From Parcubacteria group bacterium (lineage in GTDB: Bacteria; Patescibacteriota; Minisyncoccia; UBA10092), in the NCBI GenBank assembly GCA_016186325.1, contig JACPLW010000002.1, positions 1,485 to 65,484 of the forward strand: 64,000 nt of DNA. Reading direction: 5' to 3'. Below the pieces are notes generated by a model that saw only the letters and a list, made by a program, of their open reading frames with translations, was not told the origin of the DNA and ran no database searches. A program made the translations under genes and the position numbers. This document shows, piece by piece, positions 37,695 through 45,699 of this stretch (its first letter is position 1; each line of letters begins with the position of its first letter).

Positions 37695-37723
37695 TTGACA
37701 AGATTAGAGTTATTTGGTATAAT
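37695..37723 (+). promoter_or_regulatory. perfect consensus sigma70 promoter (TTGACA-17-TATAAT)
   Basis: TTGACAagattagagttatttggTATAAT; SD AGGAGAAG follows; drives 37762-37968. Confidence 0.7.
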
Positions 37724-37761
37724 TTAAATGCAGGATGTAAATTTCTCAGTAGGAGAAGAAA

Positions 37762-37968
37762 ATGCAGATCAGGAAGCAGTTGAGGCGGATGGCCAACGCG
37801 GCTAACGCGATCGCGGCGGGTCGCGAAAGGCCGATCACCCCGGAGCCAAACGGGTACGCCGGCGAGCATCACCGGATTCGCCACAAGTCCAACAAGGGAC
37901 CGCGGATGCGCGGTTCCGGGACCGCGCCGCGCCGCACGAAGAAGAAGGGTGGTGGCGCCGGCCAGTAG
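37762..37968 (+). CDS. small highly basic protein (GC-rich, hypothetical)
   Basis: 68 aa rich in R/K/G; perfect promoter, strong SD and strong terminator. Confidence 0.55.
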   Translation: MQIRKQLRRMANAANAIAAGRERPITPEPNGYAGEHHRIRHKSNKGPRMRGSGTAPRRTKKKGGGAGQ

Positions 37969-37987
37969 CCGGCGCCCCACACGCCTT

Positions 37988-38040
37988 GGAGCGATTCGTC
38001 CGTCAGTCGACGGACGGACTCGCTCCGGGGCGCTTTTTTT
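37988..38040 (+). terminator. intrinsic terminator
   Basis: GGAGCGATTCGTCCGTC..GACGGACGGACTCGCTCC hairpin then GGGGCGCTTTTTTT. Confidence 0.65.
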
Positions 38041-38431
38041 ATCCCCTCCTTACCACAGAAGCTTTGATGGTTTTGCAACCCCAATGTTGTTTTATAAGAC
38101 GAACGGTTTTTTTATCATCAAAATCCCGACAAGAATAGACGTCCATTGAAACGTAGCCTAACTCCGGCCAGGTATGAGCTGAAATGTGGCTTTCGTAAAT
38201 CATAACAAAACCAGAAAGTCCCCAATCGCCTTTTTTATCAGCTTCTTCGCAAAAAACCACGTAAGGAATCGTTAATTTTCGCATCCCGATTTTTTGGGGC
38301 AAATCGTTAAGAAAATCAAAAACTATTTTATGATTTTCGAGTTTTTTTCGCTCGATGCCGCGAGCGTCAATCATTAAATGTTTTCCGTAAACCTTATAGT
38401 TACTCTTCGATACGGTTTTTTTTCTGTTCAT
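38039..38431 (-). CDS. speH: S-adenosylmethionine decarboxylase proenzyme (SpeH type)
   Basis: Hallmark ESHISAHTWPE cleavage/active-site motif. Confidence 0.8.
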   Translation of the reverse strand: MNRKKTVSKSNYKVYGKHLMIDARGIERKKLENHKIVFDFLNDLPQKIGMRKLTIPYVVFCEEADKKGDWGLSGFVMIYESHISAHTWPELGYVSMDVYSCRDFDDKKTVRLIKQHWGCKTIKASVVRRG

Positions 38432-38567
38432 CGCATTTCAGTTTAAAAAATTTTTTGATATTAATGAACATTTTACAATACACTTTAAAAAGTGTAAACG
38501 TGTGGATAAATAAAATTAAGAAAAAACTTTACGGGAACAAGTTTTTCTTTGTTTACACCGAGCCTGC

Positions 38568-39137
38568 TTACTTTGTAAATTTGAAAGTGGAAAGTATTTG
38601 TTTAAGAATTTCTTTTGATTCAGATGTAACGGGTTGAAGGTTAAAGGTAACGACTCCTCCATTGGGATGAGAAATCCACGCGCTGGCACTGTCGTCAGCA
38701 CCCGTTCCCCAATCAATTGACGCGATAACTTTACCTATCTTAAACGATTCGCACCTCAAGGAATCATTGGGGTATGCGCTACAATAAGTTATTCCCATAA
38801 CACTAAGTTGGCTTTGGGAAATAAAGCCAAGAGTTATAACATACCCGTTATTATATTTCGCTCCTCCGTCACTTCCTTTTGGTAAATAACAAAGAGCGAG
38901 CGATGTATCCCCTAATTCTCTTTGCGATTCACAGGAGGTAGGCGGATATTGAAAAGAATAGTTCAAATTACTGTCGGTATATGTTTTCAAATTTACGGTT
39001 TTATCTGGCGTTGGTGACTGTTGCGCGACAGGTTCTGACTTCTTTACAAAAGCAAAGTATCCTACTGCGCCGGCAAGAGCGGCAACAATAAACAGAATCA
39101 AAATAATGTTTGCAAAATTTTTTCGGTTGATATTCAT
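38568..39137 (-). CDS. secreted hypothetical protein
   Basis: 189 aa with N-terminal signal/TM (ILILFIVAALAGAVGYFAFV). Confidence 0.5.
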   Translation of the reverse strand: MNINRKNFANIILILFIVAALAGAVGYFAFVKKSEPVAQQSPTPDKTVNLKTYTDSNLNYSFQYPPTSCESQRELGDTSLALCYLPKGSDGGAKYNNGYVITLGFISQSQLSVMGITYCSAYPNDSLRCESFKIGKVIASIDWGTGADDSASAWISHPNGGVVTFNLQPVTSESKEILKQILSTFKFTK

Positions 39138-39297
39138 ATGTTAGTTAACAATTTAATTTTTTGATTTTATGATTAAAAAACTTTCTCTTCCCTCTTTTTT
39201 ATATACTATCCGTAAAACACGGTCTCTGTCAAAATTTCAAATTTGTTTTCTGCGTGTTTAGTAAAAATTACCATAAAAATTAAATTTTTTACCGTTG

Positions 39298-39369
39298 CGC
39301 CCTCGAAGGGAATCGAACCCCTATCAACGCCTTAGAAGAGCGCTGCTCTGTCCATTGAGCTACGAGGGC
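39298..39369 (-). tRNA. tRNA-Arg (anticodon UCU)
   Basis: Acceptor GCCCTCG/CGAGGGC; anticodon loop CTTCTAA; T-loop TTCGATT. Confidence 0.75.
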
Positions 39370-39427
39370 AATAATTTAGAATAAACGTAAAATAACATAA
39401 AACGGGTTGAAATTCAACTAAAATTTT

Positions 39428-39498
39428 GCTATAATATTTAAAATATCGGGGTATAGTGTAATGGCAGCACGAGTCTTTTGGGAAGATTTAGTCTCGGT
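39428..39498 (+). tRNA. tRNA-Pro (anticodon UGG)
   Basis: Acceptor CGGGGTA/TACCCCG; anticodon loop TTTGGGA; T-arm CTCGG TTCGAAT CCGAG. Confidence 0.8.
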
Positions 39499-39527
39499 TC
39501 GAATCCGAGTACCCCGACAGAGAAAAA

Positions 39528-39559
39528 CTAAATTTTGGGCCTATAGTCTAGTGGTAGAA
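39528..39559 (+). tRNA. split tRNA-Ala, 5' half (acceptor, D-arm, 5' anticodon stem)
   Basis: GGGCCTA TA GTCT AGTGGTA GAAC A CGTCA TT...; pairs with the 3' half at 39973-40009. Confidence 0.55.
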
Positions 39560-39592
39560 CACGTCATTCGTCCCGATTTATTAAATTTTTAA

Positions 39593-39847
39593 ATGTTTTA
39601 TTGCTATATATTAAAATCGAGAATAAATGGTGCTTATTATGTAGGAAGTTGCCAAAGCATTGCTATAAGGCTTGACCAACATAATAAATTTTTAGTTCCT
39701 TCCACAAAAAGATATGTTCCATGGGATTTAGTCTATCAAGAAAAATTTGTTACATTAAAAGAAGCTAGAAACAAGGAACTAAAAATAAAGTCCTGGAAGA
39801 AAAGAAGTTCTATAGAAAAATTAGTTAAAACATTTCAAAATTTTTAA
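39593..39847 (+). CDS. GIY-YIG nuclease family protein
   Basis: FYCYILKS..NGAYYVGSC...R..QHN GIY-YIG motif; located inside the split tRNA-Ala gene. Confidence 0.8.
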   Translation: MFYCYILKSRINGAYYVGSCQSIAIRLDQHNKFLVPSTKRYVPWDLVYQEKFVTLKEARNKELKIKSWKKRSSIEKLVKTFQNF

Positions 39848-39883
39848 TAAATCGAGGATCCGCGATAACCTTGGTGGGCCCAG

Positions 39884-39957
39884 AGGGCCCATAGTTAAGT
39901 GGTATAACGGCGCATTCGCATTGCGTAAGCGGGAGTTCGATTCTCCCTGGGTCCACC
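39884..39957 (+). tRNA. tRNA-Ala (anticodon CGC), nested inside the split tRNA-Ala locus
   Basis: Acceptor GGGCCCA/TGGGTCC with G3.U70; anticodon loop TTCGCAT; CCA encoded; flanked by 15-bp inverted repeats CGATAACCTTGGTGG / CCACCAAGGTTATCG. Confidence 0.8.
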
Positions 39958-39972
39958 AAGGTTATCGGGACA

Positions 39973-40009
39973 TTGACGAAACGGCGGTCCGATTCCGCCT
40001 AGGTCCACC
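39973..40009 (+). tRNA. split tRNA-Ala, 3' half (3' anticodon stem, T-arm, acceptor, CCA)
   Basis: TGACG AAAC GGCGG TCCGATT CCGCC TAGGTCC A CCA; acceptor complements 39528-39534 including G3.U70. Confidence 0.55.
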
Positions 40010-40111
40010 AAACAGGAAATTGCAAGCAAGAGGGAGTCGCCTTGCCCGTCTCGCTCCCGCGCTCCGCGCGGAAAAATGGTGGCGCAATTCTTGAACAAGC
40101 CCTAAGAGGCT

Positions 40112-40136
40112 ATTTTGTTTTCTAAGAAAACAAAAT
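40112..40136 (+). terminator. hairpin terminator
   Basis: ATTTTGTTTTC-TAA-GAAAACAAAAT. Confidence 0.5.
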
Positions 40137-40145
40137 TCAAATAAT

Positions 40146-40212
40146 GACAAGGTTTTGGGCATAATTATTGAGGTTTTAGGCCATATTTTTGATTATGCCC
40201 AAAACCTTGACA
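40146..40212. promoter_or_regulatory. 21-bp inverted repeat overlapping the -35 box (candidate operator)
   Basis: TGACAAGGTTTTGGGCATAAT ..25 nt.. ATTATGCCCAAAACCTTGACA. Confidence 0.5.
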
Positions 40213-40235
40213 AACTGACGTAAATTTGCTATAAT
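40207..40235 (+). promoter_or_regulatory. perfect consensus sigma70 promoter (TTGACA-17-TATAAT)
   Basis: TTGACAaactgacgtaaatttgcTATAAT; ~215-nt leader to SD AAGGAGGAG. Confidence 0.7.
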
Positions 40236-40456
40236 AAAGATATAAAAATTGATGTAGTTTTAGATCAATTTTTGCTCTTGTTCTTTGCAAATTTGCGAGC
40301 GAATCTCCTTGAGATTTTGAAATGAGCAGCGCATTGAGTGGCTGAAACACCACTTGTTGCGCTAACAGATATTTAATGCACTGCTTATAACGAGTTAGAC
40401 CTCGTCGTGGTCGTGTAGGACACACGATTCAAAATCGCAAACCAAAGGAGGAGCCG

Positions 40457-41133
40457 ATGGAAGTAGGAGTGCTGTTCTCAAGCGACGGCATTCTGGCGCT
40501 AAACAAACCGCCCGGGATGTGCAGTCAGGGACCCAAGACTTCGGATATCCCGGAGTTGTGGGAACTGCTACGAACACACCACCCTGGCGGTCATGTCGCT
40601 CATCGGATCGATCAGTACACATCTGGTATCAATCTAGCTGGTGCTTCAAAACGGCAGATCAGTTATCTGATGCGTAACTGGCACCAGATCACGCGAAAGA
40701 ACTACCTGTCTGTCTCATCAACAACCCGACGTGGAGCGAGAAGGTTGTGGACACGCCCCTCAAGGGTAAGTCCGCAATCACTGCGTTCACGGTGCTTGAG
40801 CGTTCTGGATCGTTGGCGTTGATTCAATGCCAGCTAGTCCAAAACGGGCGGACTCATCAAATCCGGCGACACCTGAAGTCGATCGGTGCACCGATCGTCG
40901 GAGACCGAAAGTACAAGGGTCCGACAACCAGGGTGCGGTCTGGTCAACTGCTTCATGCGTGGCGCATGGAGGTCAGACTGCCGGACGATTCTGGTAAGCC
41001 CGGCCCTTGGATTACCATTCAGGCGCCGATCCCCAACGATTTCAAGCAGATCAACTTCGATTGGAGTCGCTGGGATGCCAACGCCAACACAACGCTGGAG
41101 ATCTGGGCAGTTCCCTCCGGTTGGCGACACTAA
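40457..41133 (+). pseudogene. RluA-family pseudouridine synthase, frameshifted (GC-rich)
   Basis: Frame 1 carries HRIDQYTSGINLAG (RluA catalytic Asp motif); frame 2 (40747-41133) carries the RluA C-terminal half (GRTHQIRRHL..GDRKY); frames overlap around 40747-40822. Confidence 0.65.
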
Positions 41134-41151
41134 CTCGCCCCTCTCAACTCA

Positions 41152-41194
41152 AAAGGCCCCCGTGGTAGCAACATCACCACGCGGGGCCTTTTTC
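41152..41194 (+). terminator. strong intrinsic terminator
   Basis: AAAGGCCCCCGTGGT..ACCACGCGGGGCCTTTTTC. Confidence 0.7.
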
Positions 41195-41213
41195 ATTTTT
41201 ACAAAGAACTTTT

Positions 41214-41242
41214 GATAGCAGAAAAATAATTTTTCTGCTATC
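41214..41242. terminator. second hairpin (perfect palindrome)
   Basis: GATAGCAGAAAAATAATTTTTCTGCTATC. Confidence 0.45.
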
Positions 41243-41301
41243 ATCTAAAAGAAAATTTTTCATAAGATTTGATACAACGAACAGCAGAAATGCTGATTTT
41301 T

Positions 41302-41334
41302 TGTTTCACGTGAAACATTGTTTGACGTGAAACA
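41302..41334. promoter_or_regulatory. tandem 16-bp operator-like palindromes TGTTTCACGTGAAACA / TGTTTGACGTGAAACA
   Basis: Two adjacent copies ~45 nt upstream of the HIT gene; the same motif pair recurs at 42963-43002. Confidence 0.6.
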
Positions 41335-41389
41335 ATGTAATTGTTAATCTTCAACTCAAAGAAATTGGACTTTAAAATTGGGGGAAAAC

Positions 41390-42001
41390 ATGAATAGCAA
41401 TTGTGTTTTCTGCGACCGAACCAAGATTGAGGAGCGTATTATTGCCGAAACGGAAGATTGGTACTTAATAGCTACCATTGGCCAAATAACAGAAGGCGGC
41501 TATGTTCTCATAATCCCCAAGCGGCATGTACCTTGCGCCGGAGCGATGAAAGAGCAAGAGATTGTTAAAATGGACGACATATCGCGCATTGCAAGCGATT
41601 ACACAGAGGTAGAGTACGGCGTAAGACCTATCATCTTTGAACATGGCATTGTGGGCCAGACGATTCAACATGCCCATCTTCATCTTTTACCCGCCCGGAT
41701 TCGCATGTGCGGCAGAATCTATCGGGATTTTCCCAACGCGCAGATCTGCTTCTTAGATTCGCTCAAACTGCTTCGATGGACTTATGATGCAATGGGAGGA
41801 AAAAAGTATCTCCTTTGGAGCACCCCGGAAAACCTGTTGAAGACCGTTATTGATCCGCCAGCGCCGTTGCAATATTTACGGCTAATTGCAGCCGAACTTG
41901 TTGGCCATCCGGAGCGCGCAAATTGGCGCGATTGTGATCCTGAAACCGACAAAAAACTGTGGCAGGAGACCGTTAGCCGCCTTAAGCCATATTTTTCATG
42001 A
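41390..42001 (+). CDS. HIT-family (histidine triad-like) hydrolase
   Basis: IIPKRHV and QHAHLHLLP histidine-triad-like motifs; SD TGGGGGAAAAC before ATG 41390. Confidence 0.55.
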   Translation: MNSNCVFCDRTKIEERIIAETEDWYLIATIGQITEGGYVLIIPKRHVPCAGAMKEQEIVKMDDISRIASDYTEVEYGVRPIIFEHGIVGQTIQHAHLHLLPARIRMCGRIYRDFPNAQICFLDSLKLLRWTYDAMGGKKYLLWSTPENLLKTVIDPPAPLQYLRLIAAELVGHPERANWRDCDPETDKKLWQETVSRLKPYFS

Positions 42002-42031
42002 ATTTTAAAAAAATAACCCGAATAGCAAGCG

Positions 42032-42850
42032 CTATTCTGGGTTTTTTAATTTTTTATTCCTTAATAACAGGCGTATTTTGTACATTTTATCTTCATATTC
42101 CGCTTGAAAAACCTCATGAAGATAAAATCCTAAAGAAACAAGTTGAATTATCAGAAGAATAATACCTGTATAAAGGTAAAAATTGTTTTTCCATATTATG
42201 CCGGCTAAATAGAAAATCATGCTGAAAGCGGTAAGACCGGTGTGAAACCGCGCCCCGATCGTCGTTACTAAGTCATTTAGCAGAAATTCTTGCATAAACT
42301 CAAAATACAGCTGATCCCGCCTTTCGCGACGCTTTTCTCGCTGATAAAGCCACGTACCCAGCAAAATCAAAAACATACATGTTGCAGTGACTAGTAGAAT
42401 CGTGTTCATAATAAATAATGCCGGCCATCCAAACGATTTTGTCGCGTAAATGCTTAAAAATATCATCCATAAGATAAGTAAAAAATCTCTGGTATGATCC
42501 AAGAGAGTCCCCAAAGCTGTAACTTCATTGTTATTTCTCGCGACTGGGCCGTCTAAAAGATCGGTAATCCACGCAAAAGCTAAAAGCCATACTTGACGCC
42601 CAACATCATCCCCAAAATAAAACAGATCAAAAATCGCCCAAATAAGAACAACGAATCCCACCACGGTTAAATGATTTGCTCTTATTCCTATGGCTGCAAA
42701 AATATCGGTTATTTTTGTCCGCTTAAAGAACCGGTCGCGCCACTTTTTCTCAAGCGGTGTCCAATATCCCTCCTTCGTTAAAGCTTCCGCTGACGCCAAG
42801 GCTTTGGCGGACAAGTCGGCGGGCAAGCTCTCTTTTTCCTCTTCGGCCAT
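42032..42850 (-). CDS. CDP-alcohol phosphatidyltransferase family membrane protein
   Basis: DLLDGPVARNNNEVTALGTLLDHTRDFLL matches D-G-x2-A-R-x8-G-x3-D-x3-D; multiple TM helices. Confidence 0.6.
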   Translation of the reverse strand: MAEEEKESLPADLSAKALASAEALTKEGYWTPLEKKWRDRFFKRTKITDIFAAIGIRANHLTVVGFVVLIWAIFDLFYFGDDVGRQVWLLAFAWITDLLDGPVARNNNEVTALGTLLDHTRDFLLILWMIFLSIYATKSFGWPALFIMNTILLVTATCMFLILLGTWLYQREKRRERRDQLYFEFMQEFLLNDLVTTIGARFHTGLTAFSMIFYLAGIIWKNNFYLYTGIILLIIQLVSLGFYLHEVFQAEYEDKMYKIRLLLRNKKLKNPE

Positions 42851-42962
42851 TATTGTCCCTCCAAGTTTTTAAGGGTCTGATTTTTAATAAAAGAGTAAAC
42901 GAAATGTGAAAAAAAATCAATCTGCCAGCTGGTAAATTGATTTTTTTTCACCACAAATGATA

Positions 42963-43002
42963 TGTTTCACGTGTAACATTTGATAATGTTACACGTGAAA
43001 CA
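42963..43002. promoter_or_regulatory. second pair of TGTTTCACGTGNAACA operator-like palindromes
   Basis: TGTTTCACGTGTAACA and TGTTACACGTGAAACA, mutually reverse-complementary, between divergent genes 42850(-) and 43003(+). Confidence 0.6.
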
Positions 43003-43407
43003 ATGACCACCGAGAAACAAAACATAGGAAGATTAGGTGAAGATATTGCCGTAAAATACCTTGAAAACAAAGGTTATAGCATTTTAACTCGCAATTATCG
43101 CAAGCCATGGGGCGAAATTGACGTAATCGCATCGGAAAACGTTGGTAAAAACCAGTTCTTGGCTCTAAAGAGCCAAGAACTGGTTTTTTTTGAAGTCAAA
43201 ACCCAAAACCAAAGATTTGAATGGCGGCCGGAAGAAAATATAACAAGACATAAAAAACACCAATTATCAAGAATTGTCGCAACTTACATGAAAGAACATG
43301 AAATTTCAGAAAGTCAAGATTGGAGAATTGACGTTTTGGCAATAAAACTAGACTTTGAAACAAAAAATGCTCAAATTGAGCACATCAAAAACATTGCTCT
43401 AAATTAA
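43003..43407 (+). CDS. YraN/UPF0102 family endonuclease
   Basis: GEDIAVKYLENKGYSILTRNYR..GEIDVIA..VFFEVKT. Confidence 0.8.
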   Translation: MTTEKQNIGRLGEDIAVKYLENKGYSILTRNYRKPWGEIDVIASENVGKNQFLALKSQELVFFEVKTQNQRFEWRPEENITRHKKHQLSRIVATYMKEHEISESQDWRIDVLAIKLDFETKNAQIEHIKNIALN

Positions 43408-43465
43408 ATCCACTTATCCCCAACTTACCCACCCCTCCGCCCAGAAATTGGGCGAGGCTTGCCCT

Positions 43466-43488
43466 GCAACTGCGGGATGGCAAAACTA
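43466..43488. repeat. family-D palindrome CTATTGATGTCGGACATCAATAG
   Basis: Perfect 11-bp arms; related copies at 59145-59166, 60407-60429, 63332-63352. Confidence 0.6.
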
Positions 43489-43590
43489 TTGATGTCGGAC
43501 ATCAATAGTGGGTGTTGACAGCAAAGTTTAAAGTTATATGCTATGAGCATAAACAGAACTTTAAAATTTTAAGAGAGAAGGGTCTCTGAA

Positions 43591-44826
43591 ATGGGAAAGA
43601 AAACGCAACGTTTAGTTGAATTAGCCCATAAGCACTTGCCCAGAAATTACGCTCCACCGGATGATCTTGTTTTAAGAAGAGGACATGGCTGTTATCTTGA
43701 AGACGTTAATGGTAATACCTACCTTGATATGCTTTCTTGCTATTCTGCCGCAAACTCCGGTTACGGCAATAAATCGGCAAATACGGCAATATTACGGCAA
43801 ATTGCCAAAGGTATTTTGTGCAACGCCAATTGTTTCTGGGAAGAGCAGAAAATTCTTTTTGCCCATGACTTGGCCAAATTCTGCAACGATTTTGGCTTAA
43901 ACGGACTTGATGTAGTTTTACCTATGAATAGCGGCGCCGAAGCGGTTGAAACGGCTATAAAAATAGCGCGTAAATGGCGTTACTGTTATTTAGCAAAAGG
44001 TATTGCCTATGACACAGCAGAAATTATTTGCTGCGAAAACAACTTTCATGGCAGAACTCTCGGCGCTATTAGCATGTCAACAGTAGATCAATATAAAAAA
44101 TACTTTGGTCCGCTAATCCCAGGCATAAAAATCGTTCCTTTCGGTAATGTAGACGCTTTAAAAAAGACAATTAATAACAATACAGCCGCATTTTTAGTTG
44201 AACCGATACAAGGCGAGGGCGGAGTTATTATCCCGCCCAATGACTACCTTTCCGAAGTAAGGAAAATTTGCGATGAACAAAATGTTTTATTTATTTTGGA
44301 TGAAATCCAGAGCGGTTTTGGCCGAACCGGTAGAATGTTTGCCTGCAACTACGATAATGTTGTTCCGGATATGATAATTTTGGGCAAGGCCTTGGGCGGC
44401 GGACTTCCGATTTCCGCGGTTGTCGGCAAAGAAGAGATAATGGATGTTCTTGATCCGGGAGATCACGGTTCTACATTTGGCGGCAATCCTTTGGCTTGCG
44501 CCGCGGCGCGGGCCTCGCTAAGTTTTATGCGGCGCCGTCGGCCGGATAGGCGAGCGGCTGAATTAGGGTTTTACTTTAAAAATAAGCTTAACAAGGTGGC
44601 GGCGCAAAGTCCGCACATTAAAGAAATAAGAGCACTTGGTCTTTGGATTGGCATTGAAGTTCACCATAGCGGCCCAACGGCTCATGAATTTTGCAAAGAG
44701 CTTTATAAAGAGAAAATACTCTGCAAAGAAACTAGAGAATATACCATTCGCATGAGCCCGCCCCTTACAATCACTAGAAAAGAGCTTGATTTTGCGCTTT
44801 CAAAAATCCAAAAAGTTTTTACATAA
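43591..44826 (+). CDS. class-III aminotransferase (ornithine/acetylornithine aminotransferase-like)
   Basis: ILDEIQSGFGRTGRMFA PLP-lysine region; GGGLPISAV. Confidence 0.85.
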   Translation: MGKKTQRLVELAHKHLPRNYAPPDDLVLRRGHGCYLEDVNGNTYLDMLSCYSAANSGYGNKSANTAILRQIAKGILCNANCFWEEQKILFAHDLAKFCNDFGLNGLDVVLPMNSGAEAVETAIKIARKWRYCYLAKGIAYDTAEIICCENNFHGRTLGAISMSTVDQYKKYFGPLIPGIKIVPFGNVDALKKTINNNTAAFLVEPIQGEGGVIIPPNDYLSEVRKICDEQNVLFILDEIQSGFGRTGRMFACNYDNVVPDMIILGKALGGGLPISAVVGKEEIMDVLDPGDHGSTFGGNPLACAAARASLSFMRRRRPDRRAAELGFYFKNKLNKVAAQSPHIKEIRALGLWIGIEVHHSGPTAHEFCKELYKEKILCKETREYTIRMSPPLTITRKELDFALSKIQKVFT

Positions 44827-44834
44827 TAAATTTT

Positions 44835-44860
44835 ACCTCCATTGCATTTGGAGGTTTTAT
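44835..44860 (+). terminator. intrinsic terminator
   Basis: ACCTCCATTGCATTTGGAGGT followed by TTTTATT. Confidence 0.65.
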
Positions 44861-44880
44861 TATGTAAATTTATAGCCATA

Positions 44881-44953
44881 GGGCGACTAGCTCAATCGGC
44901 AGAGCGTCTCGTTTACACCGAGAAGGCAATAGGTTCGAATCCTATGTCGCCCA
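44881..44953 (+). tRNA. tRNA-Val (anticodon UAC)
   Basis: Acceptor GGGCGAC/GTCGCCC; anticodon loop TTTACAC; T-arm ATAGG TTCGAAT CCTAT. Confidence 0.8.
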
Positions 44954-45123
44954 TAATTTAGCAAAGTGGGCCAAAGCCAAATGTTTGGCTTTGGCGGGAA
45001 TTTTAGTGAGCTTTAGCGAGCGTTAAAAAATTCCCCGGAAGAGCGACTCGTTTATTCCCGATTTGTCTAAAAATTCAAGTTCTTGTAGAATTTTTAGCAA
45101 CAAATCGCAATCCCGCTTAAAGT

Positions 45124-45197
45124 GGGCGCATAGCTCAGCTGGTTAGAGCGTCGCATTTACACTGCGAAGGCCCTCCGTTCGAATCGGAGTGCGCCCA
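45124..45197 (+). tRNA. tRNA-Val (anticodon UAC), second copy
   Basis: Acceptor GGGCGCA/TGCGCCC; anticodon loop TTTACAC; T-arm CTCCG TTCGAAT CGGAG. Confidence 0.8.
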
Positions 45198-45247
45198 CTT
45201 TGTGCGGGACACCGAGTAGGTCCGAGGTTCAATCCCTCGAACGCCCA
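45198..45247 (+). other. tRNA 3'-fragment (T-arm CGAGG TTCAATC CCTCG plus acceptor AACGCCC A) directly abutting tRNA-Val
   Basis: No matching 5' half; lies between tRNA-Val and a tyrosine recombinase gene. Confidence 0.4.
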
Positions 45248-45339
45248 TCAAAATTTGATATTTGACACAACAAAAATAAGAAGTTATAATAGAAAAATTA
45301 GATCCGATAGCTCTTTTCAAATGTAAATGAGGGAACTAA

Positions 45340-45642
45340 ATGGCGACATCTGTTGGTAAAGCGGCCTCTAGAAAATCTGACAACTCCGAGCTTGTAAAAG
45401 CTCAGAAGAAAATAAAAAAATTAGAGGGTCTTTTGGCGATAGAACTTGAAAGAGCCGCCGAACTTCTGAAAGAAAACACGGAGCTTGAATCAAAGTTAGA
45501 AGAAACTCGTAAACAGCGTGATTGCTGGCAAAAACTTTACAGAGAGATAAATCCGGACAAAAAGATTGACTGTAATCGGCAGAATGCCCTAATTGTGAGG
45601 GGTGAAATAGATATGAGCGAAGTATTGGGACAGGAAAAATAA
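45340..45642 (+). CDS. hypothetical coiled-coil protein
   Basis: 100-aa ORF; SD GAGGGA. Confidence 0.4.
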   Translation: MATSVGKAASRKSDNSELVKAQKKIKKLEGLLAIELERAAELLKENTELESKLEETRKQRDCWQKLYREINPDKKIDCNRQNALIVRGEIDMSEVLGQEK

Positions 45643-45699
45643 AAAGATTAAAAGTCCCAGTATTACACTCCGTGAGACAAGCGTTGTCTTATGGGGTTT

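Noticed and set aside
39528-40009. Canonical group I intron in tRNA-Ala
   Set aside because: The insert is AT-rich and too short to hold a ribozyme core plus ORF, and it contains a full extra tRNA. Reported as a split or inserted tRNA of unknown mechanism instead.
39895-40162. Two minus-strand ORFs (67 and 66 aa)
   Set aside because: Overlap tRNA-Ala(CGC) and the split tRNA 3' half.
43495-43535. Promoter TTGACA-N-TATGCT upstream of the aminotransferase
   Set aside because: The -10 match is poor at every allowed spacing. Mentioned only as context for the family-D palindrome.
45135-45320. 61-aa minus-strand ORF
   Set aside because: Entirely overlaps tRNA-Val(UAC) copy 2 and the tRNA fragment.
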